A stretch of DNA of 64,000 nucleotides from Octopus sinensis (lineage: Eukaryota): contig NC_043026.1 of the NCBI RefSeq assembly GCF_006345805.1, positions 620,001 to 684,000 of the forward strand. Reading direction: 5' to 3'. The notes under the pieces were generated by a model that was given only the letters and a program-made list of their open reading frames with translations, was not told where the DNA came from and made no database searches. Made by a program: the position numbers and the translations under genes. Position 1 is the stretch's first letter. Every line of letters begins with the position of its first letter. Of the stretch, positions 1 to 10,755 are shown in pieces.

Positions 1-60
1 CTGTGCGTGCACGGAACCATGTGAATAAGACGAAAAAAAAAAAAAGAACAAAATAGGTAC

Positions 61-289
61 CTATTTCTTTATTACCCACAAGGGGCTAAACACAGAAGGG
101 ACAAACAAGGACAGACATAGGTATTAAGTCGATTACATCGACCCCTGTGAGTAACTACTGGTACTTAATTTATCGACCCCGAAAGGATGAAAGGCAAAGT
201 CGACCTCGGCGGAATTTGAACTCAGAACGTAACGGCAGACAAAATACCGCTAAGCATTTCGCCCGACGTGCTAACGCTTCTGCCAGCTC
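61..289 (-). mobile_element. tRNA-derived SINE (family 1)
   Basis: Minus strand reads GAGCTGGCAGAAGCGTTAGC (A-box-like)...GAGTTCAAATTCC (B box)...GTCGACTTTGCCTTTCATCC...AATAAAGAAATAG; near-identical second copy at 46427-46649. Confidence 0.85.
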
Positions 290-649
290 ACACCAGCGAT
301 AGATCTGGGCTTGTGGGGTCGGAGGGTGGCCAGACGATCGCTTCATTTGTATTGTCTTTGTGTTGTAAGTTTCATTCGATTTTTTTTTTATATTGTATTT
401 AAATTTTTAAAGTCACATTATATGTAAAATCATATCGCTTTACTGATCCCATCAATTGTTCTGTCCATTTCTATGTTAGGCCCCCGGTGGGCAATAAAGA
501 AATTGGTATTTCGTCTGTCTTTATGTTCTGAGTTCAAATACCACCGAAGTCAACTTTGTCTTCCTCCGAAATTACTTCTCCCGAAATTACTGGATTTCTG
601 ACAAAATTTTCCTTAGGGACTTGAGCAATATACGCCTTTTCCCAGTGTA

Positions 650-850
650 TTTAGCTGTAGAAATGAGTTGCGACGTCATTGGTGCCAAGCTGTATCGGCC
701 CCTTTGCCTTTAAATAACATCGGTGGCCTGAAAAGGAGAGGCTAGAAAGGACGACCGCTGGTTTTCCATAAACACGTCCGGACCTGCGCCTCGAAGGGGA
801 ACTTTCTAGGGACAACCCTAATGCCATTCCTGACGGAATGGGGTCTTTTA
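650..850 (+). mobile_element. Degenerate SINE fragment (family 2)
   Basis: AGCTGTAGAAATGAGTTGCGACGTC...GCCAAGCTGTATCG matches the reverse complement of the SINE at 24486-24827. Confidence 0.65.
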
Positions 851-1536
851 CACTACTGCGGGTTCCAATTTCCTATTTTGAATAGGTGGACCTATCCAAA
901 ACAATTCATACTTCTAGTCTCTATGTATACACCAAGTGACTTTTGCATGCGAGCAAGATTGCGTACATATGTATACATATGTATATGTGTATTTGTGTGT
1001 ATATTTACGTCTTACATGTATATGTCTGCATATGTATATGGTCTGTGTATTTTGATGTATATATGTATATTGATGGTTTAGTATGCGTATATAGTGTTGT
1101 AAAATATTAAAATTTTTAATGTATTTCATTGTATTAAGCGAATTATATTTCATATATAATTAATGATAATATGTATTTTGAATCAGCTCTTCGATTTAAG
1201 GTTTTTCCTTGATTTTTTATAATAGGATGAATTTATATTAAATTAACTTATTTTGTTTATCTTCTTTATCGCATGCTTAAGACCGTTATTTGAAAGGACC
1301 AATGAAACAAATCCATTTTTAAAGGTGTATCCTTTAACTAGTTTTGATCATATCCTTATTTCTGTTCTATTTTAACAAAACTATCCGATGAACGGGAACG
1401 TAAAACTCTGAGTAACAGCTTTTGTTATATTTCTACTGCTTTTAAATAAAGTATATATATATATATATGGTTAATTGCCATGATAAATCGTTAGCCACTA
1501 CACACATTTTTTTCTCTCCTTGTTTTTTCTGTGTCC

Positions 1537-1571
1537 CTTACTGTAGAAGAGCGTAGGCTCGAAACGTAAAA
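1537..1571 (+). ncRNA. Minimal type I hammerhead-like motif, variant core
   Basis: CTGTAGA-A-GAGC gtag GCTC-GAAA-CGTA-AAAG; stem II GAGC/GCTC is perfect, but the core is CUGUAGA rather than CUGANGA and stem I is imperfect. Confidence 0.35.
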
Positions 1572-1635
1572 GACTTTTTCTATTCATGAGCGTTTCTTTT
1601 GTACACCACCTGTCTTAGGCTTTTGTTTGTTTCGT

Positions 1636-1638
<3 letters not shown>

Positions 1639-1693
<55 letters not shown>

Positions 1694-1726
1694 GATAGAT
1701 AGATACACAGACAGACAGGTAGATAC

Positions 1727-1781
<55 letters not shown>

Positions 1782-1819
1782 AATAGATAGATAGATAGAT
1801 AGATAGATAGATGATAGGG

Positions 1820-1868
<49 letters not shown>
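1639..1868. repeat. Compound microsatellite (CT)n(TA)n(GATA)n
   Basis: Direct reading; the GATA part 1692-1868 carries diagnostic interruptions. Confidence 0.95.
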
Positions 1869-1869
<1 letters not shown>

Positions 1870-2333
1870 GTTTCTTTATTGGCCACACAGGGCTGCACAC
1901 AGATGGGACAAGTTACAAGGTAGAGCTTTTCTTTTGGGGGATGAAGAGAACAAAAAACAAAAGAAAAAAAAGGGGTGGCGTGGGTTTTCGATCAAGAGGG
2001 ATCGTAAAAGGGAAGAAAAGAACAAAAACAAAAAAAAATTGAATGAAATAAAAAGAATAAAAAGAGAAAAAAAAGAAAAGGAAAAGGAACAAAAGGAAAG
2101 AGAAATGAAAAAAGAAGAAAAAAGGGGGGGAAAAGGGGAAGAGGAAAAAAAAGAACGATCAATAGGGATCGTGTATCACAGTGTTATGATATATGGTGTA
2201 AAGGGGAAAGCAAGTAAGGTTTATCCGTGGGAAGAAAAGCCTACGAAAAAGACCACGGTAACCTTGGTCAATATTGTTATATGTTATCACATTTGTTTGC
2301 AAGTGGGTAACCCTCTGTTTTCAATTTCTGGGT

Positions 2334-5300
2334 TCATAGGATTATGCTCAAGGTGGCTTCGTCATTTATACGTGCCATCCTTGCTACATTCACCCATCTT
2401 TTTTTAAAACATTCGCTAGACAAAACTTGCCTCTCTACTCTCACTTTCCTTTTCAAGTGGTACTTGAAGAAGTTGATGAGAGATTGACCAGAGAGGAAAG
2501 TGTTTGTCTCCAATCCTTTCAGACGCGTCCACCAGATACATTCTTTCGCCATAGCCACAAGGATGATGAAAATAGCTCTTCCTTCCCGTTTGAAGGAAGG
2601 AGGCGTGACAATATTGACGATAGACTCAGCTGATAAACCGACTCGTCCCACACGTGACAGCAGTTGTTCGACATAAGCCCACAGGTCGGAAATTGTTGGA
2701 CACTGCACGAGTGCGTGCAGAACGGTTTCGTCGCTCTGACCGCATCTCGGGCAGGTCGGCCCCGTGTTTCTCGAGCCGTGTCTGTAGAGCTTATCCCGAA
2801 CGGGTAGCGCTTCTCGGTAGCACTGCCAGGCCAGGGATCTCTGGAAGTTGTCCATGGGCCCTGGCCCGAAAGTCGTCCTGAACAGGCGGGTCAGGTACTC
2901 CTCGTCGACGTCCAGGTTCGCCCCGAGCTCGTCGTCATACCTCCCCTCCACTAATCCCCTATAAAATGCTTTGGTTGTGTTGAAGTCACTCAAGGTCGAC
3001 CCGGGACGGCAGAGTTGCTTGAGAGCAACGCGACACTCGCGGTGCCAATCGCCCTTCCTCGGCCTCTTTTTGATCCACGACTGCAGTTCGGTCATGGAGA
3101 CGAGCTGCGGGAAAGTGTGCCTCACAAACGGCGACCACACCCGTTCACCGTCGTCTACATAGAGCCAGAGATGTCGCAGTCTCAGCGCGTGTCTGCGCAT
3201 CATCAACCACGGCATGCCCAGCCCTCCTTTTAACGGGTGTTGACAGCAAATGGATCGCCTGACCATCGGGACGCATCCTTTCCACAAGAAGTGAAAGAGA
3301 ATGCGTTGTAGTTTGGTGATGGTAGGGTCGGGACAAGGTACGACGGTCAGGCGGTAGTAGATGACGGACGCGATGTACGTGTTCACCACCTCCGCCCGAC
3401 CTTTTAGGGACAGTTTCCTCTCGGCCCATTGCCGGGCGAGAGTGACCACCCTACTCGTTATCTCGTTCCAGTTCTTCTCCACTCGGAGGTCCGGACCAAA
3501 CCAGACCCCGAGCAACTCAACCGGGCCGTCGGTCCAGCGTCCCACGACGGAGGCGCTGGTGGACGGCATGGGCTTGCTTCTCCAGGTGCCTAGTCGCAAG
3601 CCCACTGACTTTTCCCGGTTGATTTTCGCTCCTGTCACCGCTTCGTAGTTTTTCAGTGTCTCGCCGACCTGCTCGATGTGCTCGTGGCTAGACACTATGA
3701 CGGTGACGTCGTCTGCGTATGCAGACACGCTCATCCCGCATCCCAATTCTCGCGGGATGCCCCTCAAAGTTGCCATCTTCCGCAATAATGGCTCGAGAGT
3801 CAATACGTATAGAAGCGACGAGAGAGGGCATCCCTGACGGACCGAACGTGCGATGTCGAAGGGTCTCGATAGATGTCCATTCACGCGAATTACCGAACGG
3901 ATGCCTCTGTACAAAGCGGCTATCCAGCCGCGGAAGACGGGACCGAAGCCTGCCGCTCTGAGGACCGTCTCCAAGTATCGATGGTCTACCCTATCGAAAG
4001 CTTTTGATTGATCCAAATTGATCAGCGCCCCACCCATGCCAGGTTCGTTAACTACCCTGTCTATGATGTAGCGCATCAGGTGGAGGTTCTCATGGATGGT
4101 CCGGCCCGGCACGGCGCATGTTTGCGCCTTGTCGACCAGTTTCTCGATGACAAGCGCCAACCTCTTGGCTAGCACCTTGGCCAAAATTTTCAAGTCTGCA
4201 TTAAGCAGAGTGATGGGCCTAAAGTTATCTATTACATTTCCCTTGTTTAGATCTTTCTTCAGCAGTGTTACGGCTCCTCGGCTCACAAAACCAGGAATGC
4301 TCCCGTTTTGCTGCCAGTTGCAGTACACCGCCGCCAAGAGATCTCCAAACAAGTCTGGCATACAATTGTAAAGCTCGTAGGGTAGACCATCCAACCCCGG
4401 TGATTTGTCCCTCGAGCATTCTGCCATCGCCTCCTGCACTTCCGCCGCCGTGATGGCACCTTCGCAGCACCCTGCCTTTCTTGTCGAGAGTCGTGGTAGG
4501 CTATGTAGGTAGGCACTGAAGTCCACCCTACGTTCTTGCCCTCCACTCGTCCCGAACAGTCGGTCAAAATGCTGCTGAAAGGCCTCACACATTTTACTTG
4601 GCTCGAGCAATTCGCGCCCCTGTTCATCTACTAAGGACCGAATGGTGGCTTTGTTGCCCTGTTGCGCCTCTGCCACCCGGGCCTCGCTCGCGGCTCCAAC
4701 ACCTTCGTTCCTTAGAGCACGCATCCTAGCTCTGACAGCATATCCTTCGTGTTTGGCGTTGAAGTGTTGGTCGAGGGCCAATCTCGCCGCCAAAACGTCG
4801 GATGCGATGCCGCTTCTAATTGCCTCTTCTAGCTTCTTAACTAGCTCACCCTCAACTCTATTTCTATCTATGGCTAGTGCTTTGCTGTACCTAATCGCTT
4901 CTGCTTTTACTGCTCTCTTGAGGGCAAACCACCATTTGTTGTTGATGATGGCTCCCGTAAAAGCCCTCTTTACTAGTGTGCTAATCCGGTCTCTGAAAAC
5001 CTGTCTCGATGGGAAAGACGCGTTTAGTTTCCAGTATTCGGGACCCTGCCTAAGTGTCTTACCTAAGTCTAGCGTACATGTCACAAGTTTGTGATCCGTG
5101 TAGCTGACTATGTGGAATTGTGGACATCCTATGCTATCTCTATCTACTGTCCTACACAGTATCCTATCTAGATACGATCTCGACGACCCGATGCGGTTGC
5201 TCCATGTCCACGTTGGCGCATTCGGGTGGTCTAGTCGGAACCTGTCAGACAGTTGAAAGCGTCTGAGCAGGTCTCTGAGGCATTTGCATCCCCGTCTATT

Positions 5301-5771
5301 CCTATCTCTATCCACGTAGTCTACATGCGTGTCCAAGGTAGCATTCCAATCCCCCACTAAGAGTAAAGGACGAGACGTTCCCAAGAATACTTCTAGACGT
5401 TGAAAGAAATCCGCCCGACCTGTTAAGGGCGGTGCGTAGACTGATACGAGTCGAAAAGCGCACCCATTGCTGCCGTCGACATCCAGGACGACCAGTCTAC
5501 CCTCCGGGTCTACGAATATTGTCCTTACTTTGAGATCCAGACTCTTGCGAAAAAGTACCGCGGTGCCACTACCGCCCATTCTCGGCAGACAGGGGGAAAA
5601 ATAAATGTTGAACTGTCCGCCAAACATGGTCTTTAGGGCCCGCGGATTGTGGAGTCTAGTCTCACTTATGGCTATGATTTCTAACTTATGTGACTTTATG
5701 TCATTTAAGAGGTACCCTTGTTTCCAAGGGGACCCCAAGCCACGCGCATTTACACAACCAATCTTGATCAT
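2334..5771 (-). CDS. Tx1 ORF2: AP endonuclease + reverse transcriptase + C-terminal Zn finger, 1145 aa, uninterrupted
   Basis: APE motifs NARGL, SET, GDWN, SYLDRI, TDH; RT motifs KSPGLDG, RPITLLN, LDQSKAFDRV, QGCPLS, YADD; CPRCG..DETVLHALVQC. Confidence 0.96.
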   Translation of the reverse strand: MIKIGCVNARGLGSPWKQGYLLNDIKSHKLEIIAISETRLHNPRALKTMFGGQFNIYFSPCLPRMGGSGTAVLFRKSLDLKVRTIFVDPEGRLVVLDVDGSNGCAFRLVSVYAPPLTGRADFFQRLEVFLGTSRPLLLVGDWNATLDTHVDYVDRDRNRRGCKCLRDLLRRFQLSDRFRLDHPNAPTWTWSNRIGSSRSYLDRILCRTVDRDSIGCPQFHIVSYTDHKLVTCTLDLGKTLRQGPEYWKLNASFPSRQVFRDRISTLVKRAFTGAIINNKWWFALKRAVKAEAIRYSKALAIDRNRVEGELVKKLEEAIRSGIASDVLAARLALDQHFNAKHEGYAVRARMRALRNEGVGAASEARVAEAQQGNKATIRSLVDEQGRELLEPSKMCEAFQQHFDRLFGTSGGQERRVDFSAYLHSLPRLSTRKAGCCEGAITAAEVQEAMAECSRDKSPGLDGLPYELYNCMPDLFGDLLAAVYCNWQQNGSIPGFVSRGAVTLLKKDLNKGNVIDNFRPITLLNADLKILAKVLAKRLALVIEKLVDKAQTCAVPGRTIHENLHLMRYIIDRVVNEPGMGGALINLDQSKAFDRVDHRYLETVLRAAGFGPVFRGWIAALYRGIRSVIRVNGHLSRPFDIARSVRQGCPLSSLLYVLTLEPLLRKMATLRGIPRELGCGMSVSAYADDVTVIVSSHEHIEQVGETLKNYEAVTGAKINREKSVGLRLGTWRSKPMPSTSASVVGRWTDGPVELLGVWFGPDLRVEKNWNEITSRVVTLARQWAERKLSLKGRAEVVNTYIASVIYYRLTVVPCPDPTITKLQRILFHFLWKGCVPMVRRSICCQHPLKGGLGMPWLMMRRHALRLRHLWLYVDDGERVWSPFVRHTFPQLVSMTELQSWIKKRPRKGDWHRECRVALKQLCRPGSTLSDFNTTKAFYRGLVEGRYDDELGANLDVDEEYLTRLFRTTFGPGPMDNFQRSLAWQCYREALPVRDKLYRHGSRNTGPTCPRCGQSDETVLHALVQCPTISDLWAYVEQLLSRVGRVGLSAESIVNIVTPPSFKREGRAIFIILVAMAKECIWWTRLKGLETNTFLSGQSLINFFKYHLKRKVRVERQVLSSECFKKRWVNVARMARINDEATLSIIL

Positions 5772-5815
5772 AGTCCTAATGAATTAGAATACAAGTGAAA
5801 GGAACAGAGGGTTAC

Positions 5816-7824
5816 TTACTGCTCGAAAGTTTTTGCTTTCTCCTCCTTTGGTTTGTCCTCGAGGAGATCCCAGTACAGTTTCTTTGTGAGATATTTTTGG
5901 CATTTACCAACCGCACTGGGGAAAATTCCTTTGAGTGTGTGGTGCAGACTTTTGGAGATGTGTAATATTTGGATGTGGTCTGGTGGTGTTGTGTATGGGT
6001 GATTGTTTGTTTTTATGTCATCTTCTGTTATGTTTGTTTTTGATTGGATGTATTCCATCAGATTTGTGTTTTTGGTGTCTATAGCTGTGAGCATGTTTGC
6101 TGTATATATTTTTGTGGTGTTGGTGTGGCTGTTGTTTGTATTGGGTTTTGAAATGTCTTCAGGAGATGTATTTTCCCCTGCTTTGTTCGTGTTTGCATTT
6201 GGTTTGGTTGTGTTTCTGCTCTTTATTTTCCTTCTTTTTGTGGCTATTTGCCATTCCTCACTGGTTTCGTCTTCCGACGAAATTTCTGAGGAATCAGTAG
6301 GGGGTAGGGGTATGTTGTAAGCTTATATGTATGTCTGTGTAAGTGGTTGTGTTGTTGTTTTCGTTGTTGTTGGTTGTTGAGTGTTTGTGTGTGTTGAGTG
6401 CGGTATAAGGGATGGGGGATCAGTTTGTGTGTGTTTTCTTTGTTTTTCTGTTCCTTTGGTTCTTGCTGTTGTTGTTGGTGTTGGTATTTTTTCAGGTGTT
6501 GAGTGGTTTTTGGTTGGTGACGGATTAGCTTGGTGTGCTTCTCTTGTCGTCTTCTGTGTTGATGGTGGTGTGGGTAGTAGAGCTTTTTTTCCGGAGTGCT
6601 TTGGTTGTGGTAGTGGTTGTTGTTGTTGCTCTTGGTGTGCAGTGGTTGGGCACGTCTTTTTCAGGTGTGTTTCGCTTCCACACAAATAGCAGCGTGGTCG
6701 CCTGCCCTCTACCACTACATAGAGTTTGTAGCTTCCTGGCAGTTCTATAGTGGTGGGTATCTTCTCTCTTGTTGCTTCATCCAATTGAAGCAGGAATTCG
6801 ATTGATTTGCCCACATAGTCTTTCTCTCCTAGAACAGCGATTTCAAGGATGTTTGTCTCTGACATTGTCTCTGTCATTTCAAAGCAGATGGCAGAGACCA
6901 ACCATTGTGTTTCGACATCAAGCGGTATATTTTTTATTTGGACTTTTGTGACTCTCTTGTTTAAATAGATTGGTATCATTACCAAGTCGTCCGAATGCAG
7001 CTCCAATGTGGAAAAACGTTTTGCTAAACTTTCGTTGAGGAAACGTACTTGGACTGTACCAAATTTATTTCCCCAACTGATATATTCCTTGGAGTCCCAT
7101 ACAGGACGAAGGCATTTTTCGATTTTTTCCTGCGGTGCATTTTCTGTTCTTGTTTTCTTGTTTATTACTTTATAAATTATTGGTTATTTTTTTGTGTGTT
7201 TTCCACGATGTGTTGTGGAATGTGAAGGTGCAATTTGTCTCCTTCTTTGGTGAAGAGTGCTTTTGTGCGGTTTATTTCCTGTGTGGTGAATTTTACAATT
7301 GTTCTTTTTTGTTTTGTCACATCCGCAAAATTCGTTTTAAATTTGACGGTGTTAGAAGCAGAAGTGTTAGTTGTATCAGTTGAAGTCGTGGTAGTGGTGT
7401 TGGTATTGGCGGTGTTAGCCACAGGAGGGTTAGTTGTAGCAGTTGGAGTCGTAGTGGTGGTGTTGGTGTTGGCGGTGTTGTTTTTGGTAGGTGGCTTTGT
7501 GCCCATTTCGTTGTTGTTGTTGTTGTTGTTGGTGATGGTGGTGGTACTGGCATTCATGTTTTCGTCTGTATTCATTTTTGAAATTCCTTTCTCCGTCCTT
7601 TTATCATCGACAAGTGGTGTAGGGAGTGAGGGGAAATCTAAGTTAATGTCTTTGGTCGCGGCGATGGTGAATGCGACGTTAGTTTTGTTGTTGTTGTTGT
7701 TGGTGGTGGTGATGGTGGTGACAGCGGTGTTGAAGCTGTGAGGTTTAGCAGCTAGTGGTAGCAATAGTGTTTCGCTACCGTTCTGCATGACTGGCGGGCT
7801 AGCCACGTGGTTTCTAGTTGCCAT
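5816..7824 (-). pseudogene. Tx1 ORF1 (RNA-binding region + CCHC zinc knuckle), disrupted
   Basis: Starts MATRNH at 7824; frameshift at an A-run near 7185-7192; in-frame TAA at 6323-6325, with the frame open again down to 5816; RRPRCYLCGSETHLKKTC knuckle; similar to the ORF1 at 48571-49803. Confidence 0.85.
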
Positions 7825-7903
7825 TTTCAAAATGAAAAATGGCTTAAAAAAACCAACGAAAGTTTTGAAAGTTTCTGGTAATTTCGCCCATACAGGGGCG
7901 GAA

Positions 7904-7988
7904 GATAGATAGATAGATAGATAGATAGATACACAGACAGACAGGTAGATACATAGATACATAGATAGATAGATAGATAAAAAGATAG

Positions 7989-8019
<31 letters not shown>

Positions 8020-8053
8020 AATAGATAGATAGATAGATGATAGATAGATAGGG

Positions 8054-8123
<70 letters not shown>

Positions 8124-8155
8124 GGAGATAGATAGATAGATAGATAGATAAATAA

Positions 8156-8186
<31 letters not shown>

Positions 8187-8205
8187 AATAGATAGATAGA
8201 TAGGG

Positions 8206-8251
<46 letters not shown>

Positions 8252-8317
8252 GGAGATAGATAGATAGATAGATAGATAGATAAATAGACAAATAGATAGA
8301 TAAATAGATAGATAGGG

Positions 8318-8372
<55 letters not shown>
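7904..8372. repeat. (GATA)n microsatellite
   Basis: Direct reading; the first ~180 bp repeat the interruption pattern of 1692-1868. Confidence 0.95.
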
Positions 8373-8374
<2 letters not shown>

Positions 8375-8401
8375 TACATATCTATGTTTTCTCCTCACCA
8401 A

Positions 8402-8560
8402 CGCTTGACAACCGGCGTTTGTGTGTGTACGTCCCCAAAAATTAGCGGTTCGGCAAAAGTGACCAAGAGAATAACTACTAGGCTTTGAAAAATCAGTCGA
8501 TTTGTCCCACTAAAACCCCTCAAGGCGGTGCCCCAGTATGACCGCACACAAATGGCTGAA
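8402..8560 (+). mobile_element. SINE 3' half (family 3)
   Basis: CGCTTGACAACC...TTAGCGGTTCGGCAAAAG...AAATGGCTGAAACAA matches the 3' half of 62873-63270. Confidence 0.7.
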
Positions 8561-9059
8561 ACAACTAAGATAAGACAAGATATTTACACTGCACTTCGAT
8601 TAGTTACGTCCTATGTTCATCAGTTGTCTTTTTCTTACGTGTGTTGTTGTTTTTTTTTTTTTTTCTTATATACGAAGAAGTGCGGCTGAAATGGTCCTGA
8701 CTTTGGGTAAAAGAAAATACAGATTCCTGCACCTATTGCAGATGTCATTCAGTTTCTTGAAGCCTTGCAAAAGAATTCGGACAGCTGGACCTCTAACTAG
8801 GACTTTTGCGGTGCCCTTAAAGCCAGGAACTTTGCGGCACCACCTCGTACGAAATTTTCCACACCTACACATGTGTAATATTTTACCACATGACGATTCT
8901 CTTTCTTAAGTACTGTGAGACATATTTACTGTGAAGGTATAATAACACCGAAACATGTCTCGAGTTGTTTCCCATGTTTACCACGCCATTATAACTAGAT
9001 ATTTAATACTACATTAAACTGGCGGAGAAACAAGTTAAGACAGATGACGAAATACTTAC

Positions 9060-9220
9060 CGTAATACCATGTGGATATCGAATTTTTGTTTGAGTAAAAT
9101 AGCGTAGGATAATGTGGAAAAATCTCCCAAAGGCAGCCACCACTTTCATCAACACACATCCAACCGGCGTCATGCTCACAACCTCCATGGTTAGAGGAAA
9201 CATAGAAACGACGTCTGTTA
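9060..9220 (-). CDS. Copy B exon 4 of secreted PAN-like family
   Basis: tttacag|T AAC AGA..TAC G|gtaagt; NRRRFYVSSNHGGCEHDAGWMCVDESGGCLWEIFPHYPTLFYSNKNSISTWYY; 161 bp, phase 2 to 1. Confidence 0.8.
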
Positions 9221-10491
9221 CTGTAAAGGAGTAAAGCAAAAATATGGTGCTGTTGTACTATGTGCTGTTATTGTCGTTGTCAGATTTTGCAATTGAAAAG
9301 TTTGTCTCACGACTACGTAATTGTGAAGTTTCCAAGTTCGAACCGACAACGCCCGTTGATTAGACAAATGATATGTTCTCCTTTACAGTAAACGAAATTT
9401 TGTAAGTGAAAGTTTCGTACAAGTAATCTGTGTAATATTTAGAAGGACAGTCTTCATACATGTGTAGTAGACTTTATTTGTCAGTCAATTTAACACTGCA
9501 GCTTCACCATTGGGGCGGGAGGACTTTGATTGTGACAATTCTGTCGTAAATATTTAGGCTAGTTTTTTGTCTGATAATAACGCCATCCCTTTCGCTTATC
9601 CAGAATTCGAAAAGGGCCACAACGAAATCCAACGATTTTTCTCCCTCTTCAGACTGAAAAATATTTCAAAGTGGGCATCGCAAGTCGAGAATGATCAATT
9701 GTCAAAAACATTCAAATATATACTATGTTTATTTTTAAGAGGGTAGGCTGTGATTTTCAGCGATATTTGGTGACTTATTTCTAGCAGATGAAACTAGTAG
9801 ATAGACAGAGGTTACTAACCACTTTTATAATTCCAGGTCCACAAAGAATTACCCAAAATGTCCCAATGCACTGATCAGGTGACAAACTCATCATGGTCAC
9901 CAGTCAATATAAGTGTGCATATGCCATTCTGTGCTATCATTAACTAATTTTCTTTTAATTAATGTATTGATGAGCAGAAACAGGAGAGGAAAGAAAATCA
10001 TACAAATGTTGTCATACATATTTATAAGTAAATGGATCTCGGTCTCTTTCGAAGATGACTGAGTATTCACTTGCATGATTCCTGTGAAATTACTGCCCAA
10101 CGAATTAGTAGCGTGCAATTGAAACCACGAACTTATAATTCCCAGCTTCACATCCTGACCACTAAGCCAAGTGCCTTCATGGCTAGACACAAGTATGTAT
10201 ATATTTATATGCCTACGGCGCGTGCTTATTTGTTGATAGTAAATTCACAAACGGAATTCGATGAGATACTATAATATAATACAAGGAAGTTAAACCCCAG
10301 TCTTTGCAGGTAAACAATAATTAATATTAATTAATTGATATTATTTCTGCGATTAAACTAATATTTATGGCAATGATAGGAATATAGGGGAAGTGTATGT
10401 AGTTGATTACATAGACACTGTACTTCACAGGTACTTTATTTATAGACCCCAGCAGGATAACAAAAAACAAACAGTGATAAAAATTACTTAC

Positions 10492-10655
10492 TACGCTCCT
10501 CTAATTGAGAAGTAATTGTGAGAGTGGTAAGGTAGGTCGGTCCAAGGAGAACTTATCAACTTTCCAGGAGAGAACCAGCTTCCAGGGTTTGTATTTCGTC
10601 CATCAAACACCATATCAACTACAGCTGTTTGGTTTTTATAAATCACTAGTTTTAC
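10492..10655 (-). CDS. Copy B exon 3 of secreted PAN-like family
   Basis: tttag|GTAAAA..GCGTA|gtaagt; VKLVIYKNQTAVVDMVFDGRNTNPGSWFSPGKLISSPWTDLPYHSHNYFSIRGA; 164 bp, phase 0 to 2. Confidence 0.8.
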
Positions 10656-10672
10656 CTAAAGTAAAGCTTGAC

Positions 10673-10752
<80 letters not shown>

Positions 10753-10755
<3 letters not shown>

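Larger units (their letters stand above)
1870..7903 (-). mobile_element. Full-length Tx1/L1-clade non-LTR retrotransposon in a (TATC)n tract
   Basis: Short 5' UTR, CCHC ORF1, APE-RT ORF2, pyrimidine-rich 3' UTR with AATAAA (plus tttatt 1875-1880); (GATA)n abuts both ends. Confidence 0.92.

Noticed and set aside
1934-2407. 157-aa K/E-rich ORF
   Set aside because: It is the antisense of the pyrimidine-rich Tx1 3' UTR.
2427-5787. Many short plus-strand ORFs over Tx1 ORF2
   Set aside because: They are antisense by-products of a GC-rich coding strand.
8666-8872. Possible exon 5 of copy B (GFKKLNDIC...)
   Set aside because: No similarity to A exon 5 beyond GF, and a weak acceptor.
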